Notes: generated by a model from the sequence alone, not told the origin. Positions 36,286 to 49,855 are shown, counted from the first letter of the whole stretch. The stretch: DNA of 53,404 nt, filler included, from Catajapyx aquilonaris (GCA_000934665.2; 2 parts of 2 records of this genome joined end to end with filler, not necessarily neighbours in it); one strand, 5' to 3'. Made by a program: numbers and translations.

Positions 36286-38645
36286 ATGCTGGCCGTTCTC
36301 CAACTGCTCCTGAGCAGCCCACTGTTGGTCACTGGACTTCTCATTGTTACTCACAGCGACAACGACGAAGCCACAGGACTGGTGTCATCCCTGGTGAAGC
36401 AAATCCACCGGGAGGAGGAAGATTGCCTCCTGGTCCTGGGCCACGACTACGAGAGACTGCCCTGGGAAATGAGGGGGCTGTTGAGAGACGTGTCCGACCG
36501 AGGAGGAACCTCCGCGTCCATCCGGTGGACACGGGACACTCCGGCCCCAAGACCCAACCCTGGTAACTCGGAAGGAGGTTTCGAGTACTGGTTCTCCTGG
36601 CTAGAGAGACCAACGTCCAGGTTCATCAGCACCTGCTCTCTCTTCTTCTTCGCCTACCACCACCCCAACCTGGTGCCCCTGGTCAAGCACGTGGCCAGTC
36701 TGGTCAGGATGAACCCTAGGGCGGACCGATTCGTCTTCTTCACTCCAAACTCGGACGTGGATCTCGCACTCACACACACCGACTTGGACTTTCGCTTCAA
36801 GATGGGCCTCAGCTACGACTCAGCTTCGCGGTACCTGGACATCAGAAACCTTTGCCAGTTTTGCGAAGGAGGCAATCCCAAAATCATGGCACGTGGAAGG
36901 CACCCGGGTCACCAGGTGCCCTCTGAATATTTCCCAGACTACACTAACGACCTGCATGGAAAGCATATAACCATAGCATGCTTATGTACTTAAAACAAGA
37001 AAGGAAAATATCACGACCATTTATCGGGAAGGCCGACCTACCTTTCCTTACTTGTTGAAGTATGTGGTATGCGGCGACATATTAAACTTTGACTGGCACA
37101 CACAGACTTACTTTGTACCAGAAGGCGCACCTCCTGTGCTACCGGACGGAAACTACACCGGTTTGGCCGGACCCCTGCAGAGGAAAGAGATCATGATGAG
37201 TCCCATGATATGCTCAGACGAGGCCATGAAGGTTGTGGATCTGCCCACGTGCGTATTCCCGATCTACATCACATACGCCATCCGATCCCCTCGACTCCTG
37301 TTCTCCTGGACAGCAGTCTTCAAACCGTACACCAAGGAGATGTGGGCTGCCCTCTTCGTCACTGGTCTAGTGGTCAGCCTGTCTTTCTATCTGATCCTCA
37401 AGGCCTCCGCATCATTTGGTAATCCGTTTCCTGATGGTCAGAGACACCCTCCACATCTCAGCCTGTATTCGTTGAGGTACGGGAATACTTGGTTTGCGTC
37501 CCATTATTTAGTCTGTGTATAATTATACACCTTCTCTTTGTTCCTTCGCCTACTAACATTCATTTCAAAGATGCAGTCAACTCATTTGACAACCAAATTG
37601 CACAAGTACCGAACAGGGCATTTGAATTCTTACTTGAAATTATTATTCAGTATATGGTATACGGTATACAGTATTTTGTAAACTTTTCAACCTGTCAGTT
37701 TCTATTGTGTGTGTGCACCTTTTCAGCATAATTATGGCACAACAAAAACAGTAGGTACTGTACTTGTCATTTGTATCAATGCACGTATTGTTTCGACCAT
37801 TCTCAAGAGATAATAATAATATCGCCCGTAATTATGCGTAATTTGTGTCATAATTATTATAATTTTCTCCCAGATTTGCCTTTTCGGCTACGATCGAGGA
37901 GAATCCCAACCTTATTCCGACAGCAACTCCTGTTCGTGTGCTGATATGTGTCTGGGCCCTCGTGTGCGACGTCCTGGTGTGCGGATACGAGGCCAAGTTC
38001 TTCGCATTTCTGGTGTCGCCAGAAGAGGAGAAGCTTCCTATGAGCATGAAGGAACTGGTGTCCACTCCCGACTGGGATTGGGGGGTAATGAATATTGCTT
38101 ATGATTACATATACTTGATGATGGATTTGTCAGAAGTCGATTACCACAGCGATCTAAAGGCAAAGGTGTCAAAGGCCGGGGGAATGATGGAATGCGTCCA
38201 GAGAGCGATGGGAGAAGACTTTGCTTGCTTCTCTGTTGATACCTTATTGGAAGCCATGACTGTTCAATTGATGGATTTAGACGGAGTAATATATACCTGC
38301 CGTCATAGTCCCTGACAGTTCCCTTTCATGCCAAGCAGGTGTCGCCACGGTAAAGTATTCAGTCATTGAGAACGTCTTTAAAAAATTCGAATATAATTTT
38401 GATGCGGCTGGGTTATACCCGCATTTCTATTCCCACTTTGTACAAACTTTTAAGGTGCATGCCCTGAGATCGACCCGGGAGAAGAACCTGTCTTACAAGC
38501 CTTCTATATGGCTTTGAAGCTAAGCCAGTTCATGACCCCTCTTGTGGCGCATTGGGTCATCATGGCCATTGCTTTTGTGGTCTTCATTTGGGAGCTGTTG
38601 AAATTCAGATTTAGCAAGATTGTCGCTAACACTACATCCAATTGA
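36286..38645 (+). pseudogene. Ionotropic receptor paralog, pseudogene; exons 36286..37476 and 37874..38645
   Basis: Collinear with the 29204 gene and with the same intron. It carries three frameshifting insertions: +4 (ATGC, ~36978-36981), +4 (TATA, ~38292-38295) and +2 (AT, ~38506-38507). Confidence 0.9.
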
Positions 38646-38679
38646 AAAGAGAACTCGGTTACACGCGAGGTGTTTCTAA

Positions 38680-38997
38680 CTATGGTCCAGCCAACGTCCA
38701 TCAGCGTATTCCTTGAGCCAAAAGAAGTCGAAAATGTAGGGGGCAGAAATGTAGACGCCCAGAAAAGTTGGCCGGTACAGTTGCCGAAGTTGCAGGACAT
38801 GAGCAGTGATAATAATCACTTCTGTGAAAGACGTGACCTTTGCTAATCCCAGCAGTCGCGATTTTCACACTCACAGCCTGCTCCTTCGGCAACAATTGAC
38901 CAATGTTTCTGGTCATAGTTGCGTCCTCGACATTTCTCCCCCCTACATTTTCGACTTGGCTCAAGGAATACTCTGACGGCCGTTGGCTGGACTATAG
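38680..38997. mobile_element. MITE, possibly PIF/Harbinger (Tourist-like)
   Basis: Long imperfect TIRs CTATGGTCCAGCCAACG…GTATTCCTTGAGCCAA / TTGGCTCAAGGAATAC…CGTTGGCTGGACTATAG, flanked by TAA on both sides. The IR may extend ~12 bp further, so the TSD call is tentative. Confidence 0.75.
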
Positions 38998-40031
38998 TAA
39001 CAAACACCCTAATACGAGCGTGAAGTATTTTCAAAAATATTGGCATTATGATTGTTCACTTCATATGATATCCCCTTAATTCTGAGAAACGGATTGTTAT
39101 ATTTAATAATTACGATTAGTTTATTTATTGATCACATAACTTCTTATATTTCTGGATCATAACAAGCATATAATAATATTATTTGTCTCTTTTCGCCTCG
39201 TCTGCTTCACCATTTTTTGCTAGTCAAAGAAATGGGAGAGTGTGGAATTATCCACTGTAATAATTGGGATATCCTTTTACTATTTTCTTGTTCAGACAAA
39301 TCTCTCCATTGTGTGTCACCTTTTATGTGGAAACGATTACTACACCGCATTTCACATTAAGTATGTGTAATATTGGATTATTGGATTCATTTATATTTTT
39401 TCCATAATTATGACACCAGAAAGGTCAAATCTTTCAACTGACCTAATTCATCTCAATTTCTGAATTAATTCAGTTCCGAATTGAATAGTGGTATAGGGTT
39501 TGCCCTTTTCAATTACCAGTCCATTTTCCAATAATTTGTCTCATTTCATCTGCACTCAATTTCTATTATTGGTGTGAATGGACACAGTCGGAGACACGCG
39601 CATGTGACAATATAAGTGTTAATAAATGATATAATACGTATAATAATAATTTAAGAGACTCTGCTTTCACCCCTTGCACCATCGTACAAATATTTTATTT
39701 TTATTATTACATATTCGCTGAAATATATTGAGGGAAGGGGAGCTTCTGTCTAACATGTCTCTGGCATAGGTGTGATTAAACACCATTAAAAATCTAACCC
39801 ACCCGTAAAGTTCCAGATTACCTTATTGATAACTTTAGTAGGCCATGGTTTTCAGAACGGGATTAAACTGCCATATCCATCCCATAATATTATTGAACAT
39901 ATTTTAATACATCATAATTTATTTTTAAACATCCACCAAAAGTTGTGATACATTTTAAAGCAACTGCAGGTGATTAAAGAAGATACAGCGCAACTCTATT
40001 TCTTGTCATAACAATGTGCTGGTGAACATCA

Positions 40032-41430
40032 CTATTCAGCTCCTTTGAACTGCGCCATGATGACGAGAAAGGTGATGACAGAGCTTGCCATCTGTGGTAA
40101 AATAATGTTAACAGGTTGCTATAGTGAACAATGTTAAACTAGGATTTAAAAGAGTTATATTTCAAAGGCCAGACTCGAGGCCTACCGTATCCATAAATAA
40201 TTGTGTTGGCCTACATACCGTAACGAGGATGCCGCTTCGAATGTGGAAAAACCAAGCTGATGGCTGGACTTGGTGACTAGTGATTTGTGTGATCAGAGAC
40301 TGAAATAGTAGCTTGCTTTCCAGGTCAAAGTAGGACATGTCGACCTTGAGGATGTCCAGGGCAGAAGATGATGCCTGAAAAATAGATCACTATAACTTTT
40401 TGACAAAATTCTGGGGATATTCAAGATCTATATGATTAAACAGTGTTTTCGCATATTATAATGGAGATCAATACATCGCAGCATGTTTTAATTAGAAGAG
40501 TACCAACTACCAAAGGAATTATCAATTGCGGTTTACCTGTCGTGGAAGTCGCTCCAAGACGCAGGTGACAGAGAATATCTCTATTGCTTTGATCACAGGG
40601 GCCAGCAAGAATCCAAGGTCACGGGGGAATATGTCCATCAATATGAACGAGAACATGGTGACCATCAACACTAACAGACTTGCGTAGGAAATTGCCATGG
40701 CCACATCATAACACTCGTTCACACAACTGACCAGGTCGCAGAGGTCAACAAAAGCACCCCCCAAGTGAGACAATGTTGGAGGGAATTTCTGAAGGCAGGG
40801 CTTGAATAATTTGTCTGAAGAAATGGCCTGAGGCAAGTGAGAAGTGGCCTCTCGAATTGATTGATTCACGTGCTTGAATCTTACTCGAATCGACTCGGAA
40901 AAGAAGATGACCTGCATCAAAACCACTAAGGGAATGGAGCGTATGATAATCCAGAGCGTCGCTGTGACCCCATAGATCCAGTCTGGATATGGGATGACAT
41001 GAAGAATCACCTCCACCACGGTTAATATTGCAAATGCAACCGACAAGACCAGAGTTGAAAATGTGACCATTCCGTTGCCCTTTGCGGCACCATTGACATG
41101 GTCGTCAAAGTCTTGCAAGCGTCGAAGAATGTTGCAAATCTCGTGGCATTGGCGCGACAAAATAATGTGAAGCGTGACGCAAGCGAAGTTTATGTTCAAC
41201 ATGTTTGTAAACACAGCGACGTCTCGCACACTGTCCAAAGAAAACTTGATTTCTCCAAAAGGCTTGAGGACAATCAGCATGAAGTTGGCGGCTATATAGA
41301 GTGGGGGTAATGTGAAGCACAGCAGCCATTTCCTGGAGTATTCTGCGTGGATTTTCCTAACCGCAGGAAACACTCCGAAAAGCCTGGACAAGATGAGTGT
41401 GGGCTTGAATGACGTGTACGCGTCACTCAT
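40032..41430 (-). CDS. Gustatory receptor (7tm_7 family); intact, complement(join(40032..40091,40219..40374,40537..41430)), 369 aa
   Basis: N-terminal LSRLFGVFP motif and multiple TMs in a long first exon. Two phase-0 GT-AG introns lie near the C-terminus. Exon 2 ends SAWFFHIRSGILVT. Exon 3 reads MASSVITFLVIMAQFKGAE*, matching the GR TM7 signature TYhhhhhQF. Confidence 0.92.
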
Positions 41431-42352
41431 TGTTTCTCCGGCACCAAGAAAGTGGACTCTCAAACAGGACGCGCACAGGACTGCTTGTTGCTGTCCTCAA
41501 TGATCTCGTAATACTGACTTTTCATTACACTTTTCTCTGTTCATTATTTTTTTACACCACACGCATTTCTTCCAATAAGCTGTCCGTCCACCATATGCAG
41601 GTCTTGATAAATAGGTGGCTATTCTCTAAAGTGCGACTGTCGTCCAAATATTAATGGATTGGTTCTAGCAACATGGAGCGTAAAGTGGTGAAAAGGCGAA
41701 ATTATAATGTAAGTAAATGAGATATGTTACAAAATATTCAAGATTTACCCACGGACAATACTAAAATTGCTGTTTTTAATGCTCATTGTCAGTATTTGAA
41801 GAATTTACTGTAATACACATGCATAATGGTAGGTTCCAGGTTTAGGGTCATTAGGTTCTGAGGGTTCCTTGTAAAAAAATCCTTGTAGTTTCCGCATCGA
41901 AAACACTACTCGGCCATCGTCTTCTTCTAGTCGGGCCTTACCGTCTGCCATCCTGACATGTCGTCATAACCTTCTGAATTGCTCACTGTCAGATCGATCA
42001 GTCATCAAGGCGAGACCAATTCCGTTGTCACCTGTGCATAATAATCAATACTGGGAGAGTAAATGCGCTCGGTAATCTTATGTACTTCTGGTGGTACGAG
42101 CATTTTTCAGGAGGGGAAAAATGACAGCCTACATCTATTCCATAAATTAAAATAATACATATTCGAATTTTAAGTGAATGGCGAGAGGTCTGTGTGCCCT
42201 TGGGATTATTGGGCTGCTTCAGAGACCGATTCGATCTTTTGTTTATAGAATCTTCTTTCCTGGCACATGGGTCTAAAAAAAGAGAAGGCATGCGCACCAC
42301 TCTGCTCTGTTTATGCACTGGCTTAGTGCCATTTCCCATCTCCGCCTCAGTC

Positions 42353-43664
42353 ATGGGTAGCCTTCAATCCAGGCTGGTTGTCCGCAGAGATCGAAAGAAT
42401 TGGGGCAGGAATCAACAGGTAAAATGGCAGGGTCTGACCAAGATGACTAGAAATTTCAATGACGTTTTTTTTTTTTCCAGACCGGTTCGCGCAAGACCTT
42501 TTCAGACCTCCCTCCTGAGTTGAAGGCGAAGGTGATGTCTTACTTGCCCCAGAGAGACCTGGCCCTGGGGGCCGCCCTGGTGTGCAAGGAGTGGCACCAA
42601 CTTGCCATGGATCCGAAAGTGTGGAGGACAGTGAAGCTGAGGCGTTCAAAACGGCTGAATGTGAATCGAGCGGAAAAAGTTATTGTCAATTTGAAGGACC
42701 AAATCACACAAGTTGTAATGGACAATTGGTCTCGTAAAAAGGCAATCCGATTGTTGACTTTCATCGTCAAAAATGTTCCCCAGTTGGAGAAGTTATGCCT
42801 TATTGATCTGAACTTTCACGGCTGCATGTGTCCATTTGGGGTAGGCATAAATAATACCACGAATTAATTATTAACAATAGGCTACTCATATTAATTTATT
42901 TTAGATTATTGTAGATTTATTACTCATTTACTTGGTAATTTCCATGCTTCACAGTTTATTATGATTAATATGTAAATATATTTTGCCCCAAAGCCACCAC
43001 TTAGTATCCAAGCGTCACCATTTTCTATTGATGATGATGATGATATTAAGAGTAGTAGTATGTAGTAGTAAATTATTCTAGGTAGGACCTGAGCCATGGG
43101 ATGAGAAAGTTATCCACTTGCAACATTTGGTAGGAAGGTGGGTTAGTCTCCATGCTCATAAGTGAAAAGGACTATTGACCCCGTTTGACCTCCAGTTGCA
43201 GGTCGCTGAAGGAGCTACACATGAGATGCGTGGAGTTTCCCTATCCATGTTCGCATCCCCTGGATATGGTATCGGACTGCCCCAGCCTAGAAAGGATCTC
43301 CCTAGCCTTCCACTGCAACCGACACCCGCCTCTCGTTGACATGTCTGTCCAAAGAAATTGGCCCAAACTGAAAGAGGTGGAGCTCTACCTGGGGAATGGT
43401 CAGCCTGACAATGAGTTGGAAGTGTTGTCCGAGAGTGTCGGGGGTCAGCTGACCAGGCTCAGGATTGGCCGACTCTACAGATCCAAGGCCTACAGGGTCC
43501 TAGGCCGGTGTTGTAATTCACATTTGCTGGAGGATGGTCACTCTCTGCCAGGGACAATAGAGGTGGACCTGCCCTTGGAGCCCTCCCTAGTTCCTCATTT
43601 GGAATCCACTGTGTCGAAAAAATTGAATGTAAACTGTTACCTGTGCCACTCTCATTGGGACTAA
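42353..43664 (+). CDS. F-box protein with degenerate LRR-like C-terminus; intact, join(42353..42418,42481..42840,43082..43137,43196..43664), 316 aa
   Basis: F-box motif FSDLPPELKAKVMSYLPQRDLALGAALVCKEWHQLAMDPKVW, LRR-like units (CRSLKELHM, CPSLERISL, WPKLKEVEL) and an N-terminal MGSLQS. All three GT-AG introns keep the frame and match the paralog's positions. Confidence 0.85.
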
Positions 43665-44439
43665 ATATACTAAAAAACAACTATACCGTGTAGAATGTTC
43701 AATAAGAACCTTGAATTCACCTTCGCCTTATCTGACCTAAATGAGAGCATTAATACGATAATTGGCACCACTCTAGCCTCTTCGTGTGAAATATGCTTCT
43801 TATATATTAACTATTGTTAATTTATCCTAATATGATGGCGCAAAATATTATGATTGAAATACGTCGCTCACGTTCTAACTGGCAAAGTGTGCTGCAGCTT
43901 CAGTCCTGCGAAGGGTGGGTTACATTGTTGACAACGAAGTGATACGATTATTAAGCGTATTAAGCGGATAAACCTGGAAACGAGGCGTGCATCGATCCTG
44001 GCAGCCTTGTGGGGCGCCTCATTTCCTCTCTTTTTGACGTATAAACAAGCGGTCTAGACCATCAGGGAAACAGCTGCAGCCGATCCAGGAGGTGATTCAA
44101 CCAGTTGCATTGCAGCATTCTCACTAATAGATGCTAACTTTTACTAGCCTCTTTTGGGTGGAGCAGCAGTAGACATATCATGTTTTAGTTAATTATGAAG
44201 GTGTTTATTGCAGATATTTGACAGGTTAATTTTTCCACAATGGTACTTTCTATAAGAGTACCTTATGACAATATTATGACTCGGTCCTATTCTTCAGGCT
44301 TGAATCAGGGTGGCTGGTTGATGCAAATAATGCTAAGGAAATGGGGAAACTAGATAAAGAGGCAATTGCATTTCCCGTAAAACACTGATGATTAATATCC
44401 GAAATGCATGAAACAAAATGGAACAACACAACAAGTAGG

Positions 44440-45914
44440 CTACATCACGTGAATTATTCTGTGCACAAAACCGAAACAATCCACTGAATCTACAGCACTT
44501 TCATCTCGCAAATTGCGTCGCAATTCAGAAGGTAATGAGTTTGCCATGGGCAGGTCCACCTCTATAGCCCCAGGATAATGACCTTCCTCCAGCACGTCCG
44601 AATTGCAGCACCGGCCAAGAACCCTGTAGGACTTTGGTCTGCTGAGCCAACCCATCCTGAGCCTGGTCAGCTGATCTCCAACACTCTCTGCCAACACCTT
44701 CCACTCTGATTCAAAGTCGCCTTTTCCCAGGAGAATTTCAACCTCCTTTAGTTTAGGCCAAATTTTTTTCGGTTCCATTATGGGTAGGCCCAGATGACAG
44801 TTGCAGTGCATGGCCAAGAATAACTTCTCCAGGTTGGGACAGTCATAAAATATGTCCAGTGGGTGACTCGCAGAGTGGCGAAAACCTCCGCACCTTATCC
44901 GCACCTCCTTCAGTTCCCTGCAACTGATGGGCAAATGTGGTTAGGACGTCTTACATTGTAACAAACACAGTGATCAACCTACCTTTCTGCCACCCTATGC
45001 AGCTTTACAGGTGGAGCTTCGGTTGGGCCTCCTGTGTAGGCACTCAAAGCCTATGGAGCAAAAATGTCCATTAAAGTCATTGTAAAGTGACTCGTAAAAG
45101 ATGACCCTTACCATACACACGTAAACGCCAGTGTTAAAATTCACGTTGTTGAGGCTTAATTTCTCTAAGTGGGGTAAATTGGTACCGATAAGATCATTAA
45201 TCGGTCTGCCTCACTGTCGCTCCAGTTGTCGACTGAAACTTCTCTGAGATGGCCCTTCATCTTGTCAATCAGCTTCTCCGCCCTGTTCGAGTCCAGCTTG
45301 TTGGATCTTCTGAGCTTTACTGTTCTCCACAACTTCGGATCCATAGCAAGTCCGTGCCACTCCTTGCACACCAGGGCCGCCCCTAGGGCCAGGTCTCTCT
45401 GGGGCAGGTGAGAGAAGACCTTCGCCTTCAACTCAGGGGGGAGGCCTGAAAAGGTCTTGCACGGGCTAACCTGGGGGGAAAAATAGAGCGCGATCTCGTC
45501 TGGTAACAATATTAATTTCAGCAGTTATTAATCACCTACATTTACTTGTATGAATGTGTCAACAGAGACAGTGTACCGCCATTCACATCACATTGCTTAG
45601 CATATCTCATGGAAAAGATTAGGCCTGGTGGCCTGTCGAATATCAGTTCAATTTGTTTATTCTTGGCATTCATTGTTGACAGAACAATATTCAAACCAAT
45701 TACGAGCAAGAATATTACGAGTTTGATCCAACGGGTTTTATGGAATCCCAAATAAAAACCAAAATGATATCATTAAGGCCAATGTTACATTTTGAACAAA
45801 AAGGGTCACTGAGGTATAGTAAAGGCATTTTGGACAGACCTGTTCCTCCAGATTTAATTCCAGATTCCTGCCCCGATTTGTGCGAACGACCAGCTTGGAC
45901 GGCAGGCTCCCCAT
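44440..45914 (-). pseudogene. F-box paralog in inverted orientation with a single 1-nt frameshift; exons 45914-45840, 45470-45112, 45050-44983, 44923-44440
   Basis: Same exon structure as the 42353 gene (MGSLPS…, FSGLPPELKAKVFSHLPQRDLALG…). A 1-nt deletion near 45190 gives an early TAG at 45165, while the shifted frame continues IGTNLPHLEKLSL, homologous to IVKNVPQLEKLCL. This could be a sequencing error or a polymorphism. Confidence 0.75.
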
Positions 45915-46535
45915 GACTGAGGCGGAGATGGAAAATGACGTCAAGCCAAACCATAAACCTAGACGTGTTGACCAGATGCTATTTCACTCATAGGATAGGT
46001 GCAATACCCGAAGCATTTTGCATAATTTACCTATATACCGATATACCATCCACTTTCGGCAATTGAGTTACCGTTTACCTTCCTTCTGCAAACAACGATT
46101 TTTCTTCCACAGGGCAAGGCCATACCATGTCACAACAACCGATACACAAACTTTGAGTGAGAATTTGCAGACCAGCATTTTTGCTGTATTATTACTCTAT
46201 ATTTTTTAAACCCACGGGATACTCCACAGTCTGCAAGACGATCATGAATATTATGGGCTTTAGGTGAGGAGGGTTGCTCCATATTTGGAGCATTGGGTGG
46301 TGACATGAAAAAGACGTGAACCATGATCTTTTAAATTAGCAAAATGGAGGACGCTATCATCAGTGTGGGGTGGAAAAAATTACTCACGTTGATTTAGGAT
46401 AAGCAGCGACTTTATTTTCCAGATGGCTTGCATGCTTATCACCACAGGTTTATGGACAACACATTAACTTTCCTTAAGATCCCAAACATGCTTGTTCTTG
46501 TCTTAATTTGCTTCATGTAGCAGATCATGTTTCAG

Positions 46536-47526
46536 AACCTTGTCACTATGGTCGCCCAGAGTCAAGGAGTTGATTTTCGATCCTGGTGGTGCCATTCCAG
46601 TCGTGATAATTTTGTGGATTATTAGTACCAGCGTTACCTCTTTACAACTTGTAAGTTATATGCAGTGGGGATAAGCAGAGAAGGCCAATTAAAAAGCTTT
46701 TTCAACGTTCCACTTTAGTATGACTGTATAAGCAATGTTATTAATATTTATTTCCATGCAGGCTAATGGAGAATATGGCTACAGCTGCACAGTTGGGTTC
46801 TGTCAAAATCTAAACAAGGATTCCATTGGCCTTTGGATTGGTATCTACGGTTTAGGACTGATTCCGTCTGTAATGATTATGATATGCTTGATTTTGACTG
46901 CAGTGAAAATTAACGAGTCCACTTCTGAAATGAAGCAATTCGAGTGAGTATATCTAATGAACCTCCTGTTTGATAGGTTCGCTGATTTTAATTCCCATCC
47001 TTATTATTAATAGAGGCATTTCCGATTTGACTCTTGAGACTCTGAGAAAAAGAGAGAGGCAAGTGACCACGCACATGATCATTCTGACCTTCACTTACTT
47101 CTTGCTACTGACTTCATGCATTGGGATAGTATTTTTTGGAGGTACGGATGTATGGTCTACGCCGTACATTTACTACACTTTTCTATTGCAGGGATATTTT
47201 GCACTAAATGTCTTCCTTTACTTCTACAGGTGAGTAGTTATTTTAATTTTAAAATGCATTAATTTATTGGTGCAATGAATGCTCATAAAATAAAGTGTCA
47301 TAAATCAGCGTTATCCAACTAATTGACTTGTCATGAATGATAACTAATGAGCCAATAAGGCCCAATTAAATGCTACTGCTTTCCACGCTCCATTCTCCGA
47401 ATAAAAAATAACTGTTAGCAACTGAATTCTTGAATTTTACTTTACTATTATAGGATCAAGGCATACACGGATGCAGTCAGACTCTTCCTTCACCACTCAT
47501 CATCATTCTCTGGCCTTACGAATTAA
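46536..47526 (+). pseudogene. 5'-truncated GPCR paralog (TM4-TM7 only); exons 46536-46650, 46762-46943, 47014-47229, 47454-47526
   Basis: Four open exons with intact GT-AG sites, homologous to exons 2-5 of the gene at 49856. I found no TM1-3 exon in the ~620 bp between the F-box start and 46536. Confidence 0.7.
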
Positions 47527-48534
47527 AATGTTTATGCAGAAGAAATGTTGATACAATTAATGCACATCATGCTATATATTAATTAATTATTTTTCGTGTG
47601 TTCTTTGCTGAAGGCGAATAAATCCTGGCTCATGTTCTGAATAGAAATTTATTGTAATCGTCCAATTAGGTATATCGTCTTCAGTTATTGTTAAATGCTT
47701 AACAAATCATGTGTGCCTGCTGTTTCTCTGCTCATATGACGAATAAAGATGGCTTGTAAAATGCGGCTGAATAATAATTTATTGTGGAAATATTAATTTT
47801 GCAGCCATGCACTTTCTCCTTCCTTGCTTTGTCTAGGACCATGCATCAGTACTTCTGGATGACAGCAATTATTGACACGTGCGATTTGTGGAAGATGCCG
47901 GGACACAGTATGTTACATTTTGAGGGATTGAGGCCAAGTAGGAGGCAGGTTGATGTCTGGTCGACACTGTTCAAATTAGGGCAAGATACTAGTAATTGAA
48001 GCAGGCAAAACAGCTATGATCGTGTAAGCAGGCATTGACGAGGGTACAGCCAGAGGAAGCTGATATGATGCTCGAATCACGATATACACGTACTGAACTA
48101 CAATACAGTGAACCAAAAATAATATCACCTTCACCACATACTCATATTACGAACATCGTAAGATCGAAATCCAGAAAAAAGCAGAAAGGAATTGATCAGC
48201 ATCGATTCTACCTGTATACGCTATACGTACTCATGAGTCATGACAAACAATGTGTCTGAAATGGCACAACATGTTGCCAATAATGCATAATACAGTATAC
48301 ATCACATCAAGCTCATCCTTTTTCCATTGTTTCTAGTCGGAACATATGCAGTGGCACTGATGTCAACAGCAGTGTACCTAGGACACAAGTGCAACTTTGG
48401 TAGCTTTATGCTCGCTTTATCCATATAAGGAAAACTCATTGCGGAGGTGATGTTGGTGATTCAATATTCCGGACGCTGCCAGCTGAAAGAGTCACAAGTA
48501 AGTACGAGGGTGGTGGACTCTCCAATTATTCATA

Positions 48535-49743
48535 ATAGCTGGTTACCCGGCGTTGCCTGGGTATGTTGGGATGCTGGTAAAGGTAGGGGTATACATAATT
48601 ATATTTTTGTAAGTTTGTTTGTTTGTGAAATTTCCCTTTCATACACTCGAAACTTGATATGCCTTAAAATAGGCCCTGTAAGTAGTTACAATAAGCCAAA
48701 GTTTGTCACTATATGTGATAGATTACCTGCTTGTCTTATAGCGTATAGTCGACACAAATATTCTGATGGGATGTGTTAAAAGAGGAATGCAGATGGAGTT
48801 GCCCCAGGAAAAGACTGCACAGGCATGTGTTTTTTTGACAGAATTTTTGACCCCTTCTACCCACAACCCCTCATACCCCCACCTCGTTCCATATGTTTGC
48901 CCTGAAGAACTTTAGAAATGTACGGTGTACACGGTATATACCATGAAAAACCGCGGGTTTATTCCATAGCGTTGCACCGGTCCAGATAAACGCTGCGTTT
49001 TCGGTAGTACGCTGGCTCATGAGAGACGTAAGCGGGCAAAAATCTTGGAGAGCGCTGATTGGATCGCAGCACCCGTGACGCAAGCCATGACGTCATAGAA
49101 GTATGGCTATTCGACTAGTGTCTACGGCAACTATGTGGCAGGGTTGCCACCTGGTGTCACACAGTACACAAAATCCCAAGCACCAGTCCGCAACCACGAC
49201 AACACCATAACCCCGCGGTATAAGCAACTTGTGCTGCAGGATCGGCGGGTAGATGGATCCGGCGGTAAATGGGAGGGAGAACGGGCCGTTTTAGAACAAC
49301 CGTAGGTGGCGCAACACTTCTCGCGGTATACCGGAGTCAAAACCCGCCGTTTTCCATATACCGTGACTGGTGCAACCGGCTCTTATACACTGGAATCTCG
49401 ATATTATAGATGCAATGCAAATGGTAGTTTATTTTGCTAGGTCTTGTTGCATAAGGGCATTTCCATGGTATTGCGAACTTAGAAAAACAGTAATTGTTGA
49501 TATATATTGTTATTTGTTGATATGTTAATATTGTTGATGCCCGAGTAGTGAGAAGATTCGGGAATATGCGTGTTGTGGGAGTTTCGTTCATTTTCTGGAG
49601 CTGAAACATGCGGCGTTAAATATTCTTAGAAAAATGTAACCGCCGATATGCTAGTTTAAGGCGATGTATGGGCCTTCTCCTGGATTTCTATAAGGGACAA
49701 ACATTCAAACAAACTCACAAACATCCTCATTTATGTATATAGA
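48535..49743 (-). mobile_element. Probable non-autonomous Helitron-like element
   Basis: The minus strand starts A|TCTATATACATAAATGAGGATGTTTGTGAGTTTGTTTG and ends with the hairpin CCCAGGCAACGCCGGG followed by TAACCAGCTAT|T (a degenerate CTAG). It has subterminal inverted motifs and a GC-richer internal segment (~48930-49365) with its own IR that may be a nested insertion. Confidence 0.5.
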
Positions 49744-49855
49744 TTTTCATAATTTATCAGGATAATTCAGAGATAGAGCGATATAGCCGATATTCTATGT
49801 ACAATACCCATTCTTATTTAGCTCTAACTTTCGTGTCGGTCAACCAACCTGCCCA

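Larger units (their letters stand above)
34314..38603 (+). repeat. Segmental tandem duplication, unit 2
   Basis: High identity to 27746-31465 with unit-specific insertions. Confidence 0.93.

Noticed and set aside
46423..46476. Alternative GPCR exon after TTTTCCAG (RWLACLSPQVY…)
   Set aside because: It hits a stop within 18 codons, has no strong donor, and has no counterpart in the intact paralog.
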